From: Heterodontus francisci
Taxonomy: Eukaryota
Length of the DNA: 64,000 nt
Assembly: GCF_036365525.1 (NCBI RefSeq)
Contig: NC_090404.1
Location: forward strand, 6,324,001 to 6,388,000
Direction: 5' to 3'
Numbering within the stretch: position 1 is the first letter of the stretch; each line of letters starts with the position of its first letter. Shown piece by piece: positions 51,500 through 64,000 of this stretch. The notes under the pieces were generated by a model. The model was not told the DNA's origin. It was given only the letters and a program-made list of their open reading frames with translations, and made no database searches. The translations under genes were made by a program, and so were the position numbers.

Positions 51500-51842
51500 G
51501 GGAAGGTTGTACTCACTGGTTGCAGTCCAGCTGGTGGCTAATCAGGTCTATCCATGACAGGCAGATTCTCCCAGAGAGGGTACAAGTGAAGGTGTAGTCG
51601 CTGCTGGGGGCAATTGGATCTATCCCTCTCCTATTTTTCTCTTTCATGCTGGTTCTTCACTCATTCTCAAAGGTGTCTGTAGTATTCCTAATGTCGCATT
51701 TCGAGGGATCACAATCTATGACCTGCACTTCCCACTGGCGATGATCGATGTGCCACACAGAGAGGGATTTCTTCAGGGAGCCCTTGAAACGTTTGCATGA
51801 GGCCCCTCTGTTCCTTTTACCAGTAGTCAGCTCTCCATACAA
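51500..51842 (-). mobile_element. RTE-clade LINE 3' fragment
   Basis: YGELTTGKRNRGASCKRFKGSLKKSL..IDHRQWE, typical of the RTE C-terminus. Confidence 0.75.
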
Positions 51843-52109
51843 CCTAGAGAGGACCGAGTTTAAAATAAAGAGACATATTTCATTGGATTAATAACAGGGA
51901 CCTACTCTTGTATAATATAAGCAGAGAAACAGCCGAATGTCATATAAATAGAGCAAGAGTGTAGTGCAATATAAACAGAGAAAGAGCCTAGTATAATGTA
52001 ACAGACAAAGGGTCTAGTGTTATATAAGAACAGAAAGAGTCTAGTGTAATATCGTCAGAGACAGGGACTCATGTAATATAAAAAGAGACAGTCGTACTTA
52101 ATATAATTA

Positions 52110-52420
52110 CATAGGAAGAAACATTTTCCCTTAGTGGAGGGATCAATAACCAGGGGCATAGATTTAAGGTAAGGGGCAGGAGGCTTAGGGTGGATTTAAG
52201 GAAAAAAAATTCACCCAGAGGGTGGTTGGAATCTGGAACGCAATGCCAGAAGAGGTGGTAGAGGCAGGAACCATCACAACATTTAAGAAGTATTTAGATG
52301 AGCACTTGAAGCGCCATAGCATACAAGGCTATGGGCCAAGTGCTGGAAAATTGGATTAGAATTGATGGCCGGCACAGACACGATGGGTCGACTGGCCTGT
52401 TTCTGTGCTGTATGACTCTA
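52110..52420 (+). mobile_element. CR1 3' fragment inserted in the satellite
   Basis: Closely similar to 14340-14660; TATGACTCTA tail. Confidence 0.85.
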
Positions 52421-55400
52421 CAAACAGAGACTGGGCCTGGTTTAATATACACAGATACAGGTTCAAGTGAACCAGGAACAGAGAAAAGGCCTAGTGTAGT
52501 ATAAACAGAGACAGGGTCCAGTGAAATATAAACAGAGACCTGGTCCAGTCTAAGATAAATAGAAACAATGCCTGGCATAATATAAACAGAGGCAGCTTCT
52601 AATGTTATATAAACAGAGACAGGGTCCAGTGCAATATTAGCAGACACATATTCTACTGTAATATAAACAGAACGAGGTCTAGTGCAACATAAACAGACGG
52701 GGTGTAGTGTAATTTAAACGGAGACAGGGTTCAAAGCCATATAAGCAGACACATGTTGTAGTGTACTATAAACAGAGAGAGGGTGTACATTGATATAAAT
52801 GGAGACAGTGCTGAGTGTAGTATCAACAGAGACGTGGTCTGGTTTAATATCAACAGAGACAGGGCCTAGTGTAATAGAAACCGAGATAGGTCTGGAGCAG
52901 TAATAACAGAGATAGGCTATAGTGTAATATAAACAGAGACACGATGAAGTCCAATGAGAACTGAGACAGGGTTGAATGTAATATAAACTGAGGCAAGGCG
53001 TAGTGGAACATAAACTGAGACGGGGCACACTGTAGTAATAACTGAAATAGGATCTAGTGTAATATACACAGAGACAGGGCCTAATTTAATATAAACGGAG
53101 ACAGGGCCTACTGGAGTAATATCAGAGATAAGACCAAATGCAACATAAACAGAGACAGAGTCTAGTGTAATTTAAATATGGAAGGGTCTGGTGTAATTTA
53201 AACAGATACATATTCAACTGTAATATGAAATGAGCCAGCCACAATAATAATTGAGATAGAGTCTCTGACTCTATGAATCAGAGTTTCATAAGTGAAACAG
53301 GGCCTAGTATAAGAAAAACTGAGACAAGGCCCAGTGCAGTTTTAACTGATAGAGGACATTGTGAAATATAAACTGATACAGACCCTAGTGCAGTAGTTAG
53401 TGATGCAGGACCTCGAATTCTATGAGCTGAGACATGGACAAGTGCAGCAATACATGAGACAGGATTCCATGTTCTAGTAACATTTAACAGAGAGATGCTT
53501 CAGTACAGTAATAACAGAGACATGGATTTGTGCAATAGAAACAGAAACGTGATCTAGTGCAGTAATAACCTATTCCCGGCATTGTGCAGCACAAAAGAAG
53601 CCAGGTCCACTATGTTAACACCTGAAATTGGGCGAATGTAGAAATAACTGAGGCATGGACTGCTTTAATATGATTAGAGGCAATGTTTGTCGCAATACAA
53701 AAATGAGCTAATGTAATATAAACAGGGACAACATCTAGTATAATGCAGACTAAAGCAGGATCTGGCTTAATATAAACGGAGTAAAGTTACAGTGTAATAT
53801 AAACAGAGACAGGGCCTAGTTTAATACAAACTGACAGGGTACAGTGTACTTTAAAGAGCGACAGCATCTTGTGTAATATAAACAGAGACTGTATGTTGGA
53901 TAATATAATCAGAGATGGGGACTAGTGTATCATAGGCAGAGACAGGGTCAAGTGTAATATAATCAGAGAATGGGTCTACTATTATATAAACAGAGACAGG
54001 GTCTACATTAATATAGACAGCGGCAGAGTCCGCCATAATATTAGCAGAAACAGGGTCTACAGTTATGTAAACAGGAACAGTGTAATAGTGTAATATAAAC
54101 AGAGACAGCATCTCGTGTAATATAAACAGAGACAGGGCCAAGTGCAATATATACACAGACAGGACCTTGAGTAGTATCAACATAGACAGGGCCTAGTGTA
54201 ATGTAAACCGAGACAAGGTCAACAGTAATATAAGCAGAGTCAGGGACGAGTGTAATGAGAAGAGACAGAGCCTAGTGTAATATAAACAGAAACCTGGTCT
54301 AGTGTAATATAAACAGACAGCTCCTAGTGTAATGTAAAGAGAAACAGGATCCAGTGTAGTATAAACAGAGACAGAGTCTGCAGTAATATACACAGAGATA
54401 GTGTTGCGTGTAATGTGAACAACAACAAAGCCGAGTTGAATATCAACAGAGATACAGCAAAGTCCAGTGATAACTGAGAGAGAGTCGAGTGTAATATAAA
54501 CAAAGACAAGATCTAGTGTAAAATAAAAAGATACAGGGCCTAATTTAATTCAAGCAGACAGAGTACAGTGTAATAGAAACAATGACAGGATTTAGTGTAA
54601 TATAAACAGAGACATGATCTAGTGTAATATAATCAGAGATGGGGCCAAGTGTAACATAAACATATACAGGGTTTAGTGTAATACAAACAGAAACAGGGCC
54701 TAGTGTAATATAAACACGTAAAAGGCTGACTGTAATATAATGTAATATGGTCCTGTATAGTAACAGCTGAGACAGGATCGAGTGCAGTGGTAACTGAAAG
54801 AGGGACTGATGCAATATGATCGGAGGCAGGCTTGTTGTATTATACATAGGAGCAAGGTCTTGTGTGGAAATACTGAGACAGGGCCTAGTGTACCAATTCT
54901 TGATACAGGACCTACAGTAATATAAACCAGCACTGTGCCGAGTTCAGTAATTACTGAGGCAGGGCCTAGTGCAGTAAAACTGAGATTGGGTCTCGTGCAG
55001 TATAGCCATGCTCCAGTGTAATTTAAACAGTTACATGTTCCAGAATAATATGAAACGAGTCGAGTACATTAACAATTGAGACAGAGATTCGTGAAATGCG
55101 AACAGGGAAATGGTATAGTATAGCCATAAGTGAAACAGGGCCTGTTATAAGAAAAAGCTGAGACACGCCCCAGTGCAGTTTTAAGTGAGAAAAGACATTG
55201 GGCAATATAAACTGATACAGATTCTAGTGCAGTAATTGCTCATACAGGACCTCGATTGCTATGAGCTGAGACACGGCCAAATGCAGCAATACGTGAAGCA
55301 GGATTCTATGTTCTCGTAACATTTAACAGCGAGATGGTTCAGTACAGTAATAACAGAGACGTGGCTTTGTGTGATAGAAACAGAAACATGGTCTAGTGCA

Positions 55401-55753
55401 ATAATAACCTAGACAGGGCATTCTGTAATACAAGCTGAAACATGGTCCACTATATTAACACCTGAGATTGGGCCAATGTAGAAATAACTGAGGTATGCAG
55501 TACTTTTGTCTGATTAGACGCATCGTTTCTTGTATTACAAATAGGAAAATGAGCGAGTGTAATATAAACAGGGACACCATCTAGTATAATATATGCTAAA
55601 GCAGGCTCTACTTAATATAAATTGAGAGAGTGTCTAGTGTAATATAAACAGACAATATCTAGTGTAATTATAAACAGAGACTGGATATAGTGTAATATAA
55701 ACAGAGACAGGGTCTAGAGCAGTAATAACTGAGGCAGCGCCTGCTTCATGTAA

Positions 55754-58451
55754 TAAAGAACAAACAAAGAACAAAGAACAGTACAGCACAGGAACAGGCC
55801 ATTCGGACCTCCAAGCCTGTGCCGATCTTGATGCCTGCCTAAACTAAAACCTTCTACACTTCTGGGGACCGCATCCCTCTATTCCCATCCTATTCGTGTA
55901 TTTGTCAAGATGACTCTTAAACGTCGCTATCGTACCTGCTTCCACCACCTCCCCCGGCAGCAAGTTCCAGGCACTCACCACCCTCTGTGTAAAGAACCTG
56001 CCTCGCACATCCCCTATAAACTTTGCCACTCTCACCTTAAACCTATGCCTCCGAGTAACTGACTCTTCCACACAGGGAAAAAGTTTCTGACTATCCGCTC
56101 TTTCCATACCGCTCATAACTTTGTAAACCTCTATCATATCACCACACCACCTCCGTCGTTCCAGTGAAAACAATCCGAGTCTATCCAACCTTTCCTCATA
56201 GCTAATGCCCTCCAGACCAGGCAACATCCTGGTAAACCTCTTCTGTACCCTCTCCAAAGCCTCCACGTCCTTCTGGTAGTGTGGCGACCAGAATTGCACG
56301 CAATATTCTAAGTGTGGCCTAACTAAAGTTCTGTACAGCTGCAGCATGACTTGCCTATTTTTATACACTATGCCCCGACCGATGAAGGCAAGCACTCCGT
56401 ATGCCTTCTTGACTACCTTATCCACCTGCGTTGCCACTTTCAGTGACCTGTGGATCTGTACGCCCAGATCTCTCTGCCTGTCAATACTCCTAAGGGTTCT
56501 GCAATTTACTGTATACTTCCTACCTGCATTAGACCTTCCAAAATGCATTACCTCACATTTGTCCGGATTAAACTCCATCTGCCATTTCTCCGCCCAAGTC
56601 TCCAACCGATCTATATCCTGCTGTATCCTCTGACAATCCTCATCACTATCCGCAACTCCACCAACCTTTGTGTAGTCCACAAACTTACTAATCAGACCAG
56701 CTACATTTTCCTCCAAATCATTTATATATACGACAAACAGCAAAGGTCCCAGGCTGATCCCTGCAGAACACCATTAGTCACATCCCTACATTCAGAAAAA
56801 CACCCTTCGAATGCTACCCTCTATCTTCTATGACTGAGTCAATTCTGTATCCATCTTGCCAGCTCACCTCTGATCCTGTGTGACTTCAACTTTTGTACCA
56901 GTCTGCCATGAGGGACCTTGTCAAAGGCTTTACTGAAGTCTATATAGATAACATCCACTGCCCTTCCTTCATCAATCATCTTTGTCACTTCCTCAAAAAA
57001 CTCAATCCAATTAGTGAGACACGACCTCCCTTTCACAAAACCATGTTGCCTCTCGCTAATAAGTTCGTTTGTTTCCAAATGGGAGTAAATCCTATCCCTA
57101 AGAATCCTCTCCAATAATTTTCCTACCACTGACTTAAGGCTCACCGGCCTATAATTTCCTGGATTATCCTTGCTACCCTTCTTAAACAAAAAGACAACAT
57201 TGGCTATTCTCCAGTCCTCTGGGACCTCACCTGTAGCCAATGAGGATGCAAAGATTTCTGTCAAGGCCCCAGCAATTTCTTCCCTTGCCTCCCTCAGTAT
57301 TCTGGGGTAGGTCCCATCAGGCCCTGGGGACTTATCTACCTTAATGCTTTGCAAGACACCCAACACCTCCTCCTTTTCGATAATGAGATGACTGAGACTA
57401 TCTACACTCCCTTCCCTAGGCTCATCATCCACCAAGTCCTTCTCTTTGGTGAATACTGATGCAAAATACTCATTTAGCACCTCGCCCATTTCCTCTGGCT
57501 TCACACTTAGATTCCCTTCTCTGTCCTTGAGTGGGCCAACCCTTTCCCTAGTTACCCTCTTGCTCTTTATATACATATAAAAAGCCATGGGATTTTCCTT
57601 AATCCTGTTTGCCAATGACCTTTCATGACCACTTTTAGCCCTCCTGACTCCTTGCTTAAGTTCCTTCCTACTGTCTTTATATTCCTCAAGGGATTCGTCT
57701 GTTCTTAGCCTTCCAGCCCTTACGAATGCTTCCTTTTTCTCTTTGACGAGGCTCACAATATCCCGCGTTATCCAAGGTTCCCGAAACTTGCCAAACTTAT
57801 CCTTCTTCCTCACAGGAACATGCTGGTGCTGGATTCTAATCAACTGACATTTGAAAGGCTCCCACATGTCAGATGTTGATTTACCCTCAAATAGCCACCC
57901 CCAATCTAAATTCTTCAGTTCCCGCCTAATATTCTTATAATTAGCCTTCCCTCAATTTAGCACCTTCACCCGAGGACTGCTCTTACCCTTATCCAAAAGT
58001 ACCTTAAAACTTATGGAATTATGGTCACTGTTCCCGAAATGGTCCCCTACTGAAACTTCGACCACCTGGCCGGGCTCATTCCCCAATACCAGGTCCAGTA
58101 CGGCCCCATCCCTAGTTGGACTGTCTACATATTGTTTCAAGAATCCCTCCTGGATGCTCCTTACAAATTCTGCCCCATCCAAGCCCCTAGCACTAAGTGA
58201 GTCCCAGTCAATATAGGGGAAGTTAAAATCACCCACCACTACAACCTTGTTACCTTTACATCTTTCCAAAATCTGTCAACATATATGCTCCTCTACCTCC
58301 CGCTGGCTTTTGGGAGGCCTGCAGAAGACCCTCAACATCGTGACTGCACCCTTCCTATTCCTGAGCTCCACGCATATTGCCTCACTGCACGACCCCTCCG
58401 AGGTGTCCTCCCGCAGTACAGCTGTGATATTCTCCTTAACAAGTAATGCAA
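55754..58451 (-). mobile_element. Young 5'-truncated CR1 LINE with 13-bp TSD
   Basis: ORFs 57952..58269, 56839..57867, 55844..56743; (TTCTTTG)n tail; TSD CTGCTTCATGTAA / CTGTTTCATGGAA; empty site at 17837-17849. Confidence 0.95.
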
Positions 58452-58477
58452 CTGTTTCATGGAAACAATCAGCCTTT

Positions 58478-58496
58478 CATTGACACCTGGTGGCTG
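58478..58496 (-). promoter_or_regulatory. CTCF-like motif (paralog of 1623 and 17868)
   Basis: Reverse complement CAGCCACCAGGTGTCAATG. Confidence 0.4.
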
Positions 58497-58728
58497 TGTT
58501 TGGCCATTGCTCCTATTGGGAAAAAGTCGATGTCAGTTACTGTTTCTGATATTAATACATCAATAAACAATTTTCATTGAGATACCAGCTCATCACCTTC
58601 TCTAGGAGGTCCCAACATTTGAGGTGAAACTAATTCCAGATGAATGTGGCCGATTTGTGCACAAAAACATCAGTAATAGAGCGAAGTGGCTGAACTCTTG
58701 TTAATGTATTTTTGTTGATCTTGGTTGA

Positions 58729-58884
58729 TTAGGTCGCGCCTTTGTGGCACTTATGACAGAGCCTGCCTCTCAAAGATTGGACTTCACAGCCATCAACAAA
58801 GATGCGCCAAGAGAAGACACCCCACCTAAATGGATTGTTTGCCGTGCATGCATCATCTTTCATAGATGGAAGGATGTCAAACCA
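58729..58884 (+). mobile_element. RTE 3' tip, paralog of 18119-18265
   Basis: Perfect TGGTTGA TSD at 58722-58728 / 58885-58891. Confidence 0.75.
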
Positions 58885-60639
58885 TGGTTGAAGGGAGGAA
58901 TGTTGACCAGGACACAGTGTGGCTACCATGGGAGCTTTGATGTCCGCATCAACAGAGAAGAGGGAGAGGAGAAATTATTGATTCATGATATCACCTGAAA
59001 GACAGTGGGGGCGATTTCCCCCGATACTGTAAGTGCCGCTGAGCCTCCAATGGAACCAAGGTTGGACTTGAAGCGGAAGCATTGGTTTAGCCTGCGTTAA
59101 ACGGAAGATGCCATCTTGGTAAAGGAATAGACACTTGCGCTCGGATCGGTCGCCCAGAGGATCATTCATCAGCTGACTCTCACTAATATCGCCTGTGAGC
59201 CTCGTTAAAAAGGCCACGCTCCAATTTCATAACTAGTACTTCACCGCCCCTCTCTCTAAACAGCAACCAACTGATAGGTAGTAAACAAGTTGTTACAGAG
59301 GGTTTCTGCTCTAATTAAAGTTACATCACCTTTTACTGTACATTGGCTACTGGAAGTTTCAAGAGGACTTTTGAAACCCATCAGGATAATTTCTGGGACA
59401 CTTTTTCGACTTCGCCAACACCCTATCAACATTTATTCTTGGAACGTCTCTAAGGGCCTCACCCAAAAAGAGTAAAATCTGTGTGACTTGACCTTATATG
59501 CGTCACCAGGAGAAAGAGAGTGCTTAGACATTGGCGTCTTGCTGGCTGGACGAATGGGGAGGACATGAGGCCAGGCAGAGCAGCCCCAGCTTCTGCAGGA
59601 GAGTGAGACCGAAGGGTGAGGTGGTGTACTGCCCCATTGCGGGCACAGGACATCCCTCCTCCTCTGGATCTTCTCCACTAGGACCTACAATACGGTGTCT
59701 GAGAATATGTGCACACACTCAGTTGTTTCCTGAGCCATCCTGAAACATGTCACTATCTGTCAGCCAGGCCACCCCACACTTATCGTAGAAGTGGATGCAT
59801 GGATCCCACATATACTACTTCAAGAAAATTGCAGTTAATCAGCACTTGCGTGCTAAATCTACAGGTCTCTGGATTAGCAACTCCTGGCAAGTTCAATTCT
59901 GGCAATAAGCAATTAGGATCAAAATTGTGTGCTGCATCCAGACACTCAACCAGGGGTGTTTCATTAACACAGTGCCCATTTAACCCCTGCTTTCACTCTT
60001 TCACCAAATAACCCCGAAGGGTTTGTTAAATATGCATGTGTATATATGTGCAAAATACGGCATATTGTTTTCAATTCCACAAACAGAAATAATTATCTTC
60101 AACAATTATTTATTTTTTACATTTATTTAATTCAAAACATAATTGAAGATTGAGGGTAATGAGCAACTACCCACCAGTATCTGCACTTAATTGTTAAGTG
60201 ATCTCCTCACCAATCCACAGAAGCTGCTGGTAAATACTTCGTGTGTGTGATGATTTGTGCAAGTGATGATAAAAATGAAACTATCTGTACCTGGCGTGAC
60301 GTTAATGAATCCGTAAATGACTGATTTATTACTTCCCTAGTTTGCAAAGGAATGAAAAACTTGCTGCATTCCAGTGAATTTCGCACCATTTCTGGTTCCA
60401 CAGATTTTATTTTTAGCCTGTTAACTAAACTATTTCCTCCCCTGCATCTTCCAATCGTTTATTTGGTTTAGATCATTAATAACTGAGGCACAAACTGACA
60501 TACTATAAAAAGTGACGTTGTGTAGTGGTATAAATAGACACATGGCTTATTGCAACAAAAAACTGAGACACAAGCTAACATAATACAAAAAACAACATAG
60601 TCTAGTGTAATATAAGTGGGATATGATATCGTGCAGTAA

Positions 60640-60957
60640 GGCTCCTGAGACAGCATCTTCCAAACCCGCGACCTCTACCAACTAGAAGGACAAATGCAAC
60701 AAATGCATGGGAACAAATTCCCCTCCAAGTCACACACCGTCCTGCCTTGGAACTATATTGCCGTTCCATCACTGTCGCTGGGTAAAAATCCTGGAACTCC
60801 CTTCCTAACAGCACTGTGGGTGTACCTACATCACATGGACTGCAGAGCTTCAAGAAGGCAGCTCACGACCATCTTCTCAAGGGCAATTAGGGATGGGTAA
60901 TAAATGCTTGCCTAGCTAGCGACACCCACATCCCATGAATGAATAATTTAAAACAAA
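60640..60957 (+). mobile_element. LINE 3' fragment (CR1/L2 group)
   Basis: Absent from the paralog near 19050; AGTAA TSD (60635-39 / 60958-62); A-rich tail. Confidence 0.7.
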
Positions 60958-61205
60958 AGTAATAACTGAGCAAGGCCTAATGTATTATAAACAGGCAAAT
61001 TGGCTTCTGCACTAATAACTGCACATGGCCTAACGTAGTAAATAGCGACGGAGTCTTGTATAATAGAAACAGAGATATGGTTCAGTGCAGAAATAAGTGA
61101 GACAGAGCCTCGCGTAATCGAATGTAAGCGTAGTCTAGTGTTGTAAAAACCTAGAATGGATCGCGTGCAATATGACCTAAGAGATGATCTAATGCAGTGC
61201 CAACT

Positions 61206-62700
61206 AATGAACTTTTACAAAACACCGGTAGGCCTCAGCGGGAGTGCTGTGTCCAATTCAGGATACCACATTTTCAGAAGGACATCCAGGCATTGGAGAG
61301 GGTCCAGAAAAGATATTCTAAAATGGTACCAGGTATGAAAGAGAGGCTGGAGAAGCTGAGATCATTCTGCTGATAGCAGAGAAGGTTAAAAGGAGATTTT
61401 GTACAGCTGTTCAAAATCTTGAAGTGTTTTGATAGAATAAATGAGATGAAAATATTTCCAGTGGCAAAAGCATCGATAACCAAAGGGCACAGATTCAAAG
61501 TAAATAGCAAAGTAACCAAGGGCTACATATAGCTGACTTGGATCTTGGAATACAGAGTCGAATCTGAAAATTTGCTGATGACAACAAACTTGGAGCTGTG
61601 GCAAGAAGTGAGAATAATGTGAAACACCTGCAACAGGCCATAGATAGGCTGGCGGAATGGGCAGGCAGGTGGCAGATGGAATTTATTACTGACAAGTGTG
61701 AAATGATGCATTTTGGCAGAAGGAAGGGGGAGAGGCAATATACACTTAATGGTGCAATTCTAATGAGTGTGCAGGAACGGAGGGACCTGGGAGTGCATCT
61801 TTGAAGGTAGCAGGTATTAAGAGAGTGATTAGTAAAGCTTATGAGATCTTGAACTTCATAAACCGAGGCATTGAATACAAAAGCAGGCAAGTTATGCTAA
61901 ACCTTTATAACGCTGTGGTCAGGTCCCAACTGGAGTACTGCGTACAGTTCTGGTCACTAAACTTTAGGAACGATGCGAGGGTCCTTGAGAGAGATTTAGC
62001 AGAATTATTCCAGGGATGCAGGATTTTTGTTACAAGGTTAGGTTGGAAAAACTTGGGTTACTCTGCATAGAACAAAGGAGATTCCGAGGGGAGTTAATAG
62101 AAATGCACAGGATTTTGGCAGGCAGTTAGTAAGTTAGACAAAAAAAAATTGTTCACATTAATCAATGGTACAAGGACTAGGGGACACAGATTGAAGGTTT
62201 AAGGCAAGAGATGCAGGGGGAATATGAGGAAACACTTTTTTATCCATTGGATGGTAATGACCTGAAACTTGCTGCCCACGAAGGTGGTGTAAGTGGAGAC
62301 AAGAAATGACTTCATAAGGACATTGGATAACCAGATGAGGGAAATAGACTTACAGGGCTACGAGGATCAAGTGGGGGAGTGGGATGACTGAAAATCTCTG
62401 TGAGGAGCCGGCATGGATTCGATGGGCAGAATAGCCGTAAATGTCTCTATAACCCAATAAATTTCGACGATATGAGGGGGACGATAAATGACAGAGCAAA
62501 TTGATATTATCTGGAATGTACTGCCTGAAAGGATGGTGGAAACAAATTAAATGAATACTTTAAAAAGGGAATTGAATAAATACTTCCAATAGAACAAATG
62601 TTGCACGGCACTTGGAAAACAGCAGGGAGTATTTGAATAATTTGTTAGTTCTTTGAAGAGCTGGTACAGTCCTGAAAGGCTGAATGGCCTCCTTCTCAGC
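61206..62700 (+). mobile_element. Nested CR1 fragments, paralog of 19755-21280
   Basis: Same fragments and junctions as the upstream copy. Confidence 0.85.
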
Positions 62701-63619
62701 TTTATCATTATAGGATTGTATGATTTACCGGTTCAATCCAACACCCCTTTTTACACCTATTGTTGATAAAAAAGAACAAAACGAAAAATGTTGCATTTAT
62801 ATAGCGCCTTTCGCGACCACAGGACGCCTCAAAGGCTTTGTAGCCAATGAGCTACTTGCGAAGTGTCGTTCCTGTGTCATGGAGGAAACCCGGTACACGA
62901 TTTTCACACAGAAAACTCCACAAACGGCAATATGTTAATACCCATATAATCTGCTGGTCATGTTGATTGAGGGATATATATTGATCAGGATAACTCTCCT
63001 GCACTGGTTCCAAATAGTGTTATGGCATCTTTTACACCTGAGAGGGCAGATGGTACCATTTCGAACCAGTGCAGGGGTTCCATGTCCCATCCAAAAAACG
63101 GTATCACTGACAGTGCAGCACTCCACTTGAGTGCCGGTGTAATTTCTTTGCTCAATTCCTGGAGTAGGTTTTGAAACTGGAACGTGCTCGTTCCAACTGA
63201 GCCACGGCCGATGATCTAGGTTTGTTTCGCGAAGTAATCAAGAAGAAATAAGAGAATAGAATTCCAGGCATTCAACAGTTCCACTTATATCAGAAAAAGT
63301 CTGGAATTATACTGCAACTTTCAACCATTTATTAGATAACCCAGAACTGCACGAATGATGAACGTGAATGGGAACTGTGCACAAACCAGATTAATAATCC
63401 TAGATCACGGTAGAGAGTCTCTTATACAAGGCGTGGGATCAATTGGGAATCGATAAACCGGGAGCCGTGCAACTAAAAACACATCATCAATTATACCTCA
63501 ATATAATAATATATTTTGTAGCGCCTTGGAACATTCGGAGCAGAAATTTGTGTGGAAAAGCAATTCCTGAATATTGACATACTGGCATCTTATTGGAGGC
63601 TTTATATCCATACAGTGGG

Positions 63620-63928
63620 TGTTAGCGGGAATGAATCTAGAAGAATCATTCGACACTCAGGTCTGCTCCAATGTCAAACAGTTTATTTTGTTCCGCCAGC
63701 GGGGAGCAGGTCACTGGGCTGTCCAGATGCCTCTCCACTGAACAAAGGAAAATCATCCAGACTTATACATTTTCAAACAGTTACTCAGCCCATCCCAGCC
63801 GGACATGGTCCAATCACAATGATTATCGATTATATACATTGATTATTAGAGCCAATAGAAGCGGTTACTAGGCATGACCGGCCCATACACAGATAGGGGA
63901 TTACTCATGATGTTTTCACCTCGTTACA
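63620..63928 (-). mobile_element. Possible LTR-like insertion
   Basis: Starts exactly where paralogy ends; TGTTAGCG...CGTTACA termini; minus-strand AATAAA; no clear TSD. Confidence 0.35.
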
Positions 63929-64000
63929 GGATAGCACCTTTGTCAGCATTCCACAAGGGTGTCTGCTTTTCATTTTACTAAGCCTTTTGTTTGATATTGG

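Larger units (their letters stand above)
51843..63620 (+). repeat. Direct segmental duplicate of about 11285-22694 (27-bp satellite 51843-55750 plus unique and TE blocks)
   Basis: Collinear matches: 51850~11290, 54750~16850, 58465-59430~17855-18815, 61210-63620~19765-22694. Confidence 0.92.

Overview
Eukaryotic, cartilaginous-fish genomic DNA. The VH and C-mu translations closely match horn shark (Heterodontus) IgM as I recall it; I did not run a database search. The centre holds one complete, unrearranged, apparently functional IgM heavy-chain mini-cluster on the + strand (about 25.4-43.3 kb): TATA promoter, leader, VH, D1, D2, JH with 12/23 RSSs, C-mu1-4 with secretory tailpiece, TM1 and TM2. 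The rest is CR1/RTE LINE fragments, HE1-type SINEs, microsatellites and a 27-bp satellite. The flanks are structured. The ~11 kb upstream of VH (11.3-22.7 kb) recurs as a direct copy downstream (51.8-63.6 kb), and an overlapping upstream stretch (9.2-18.4 kb) has an older inverted copy at 1.3-5.2 kb. Each copy carries a CTCF-like motif, and the outer motifs converge across the cluster. A 63/66-bp minisatellite just 3' of TM2 forms an array of EBF-like and YY1-like motifs. These suggest a reusable cluster-boundary/regulatory module and predict neighbouring IgH clusters on both sides. These are hypotheses, not established facts.
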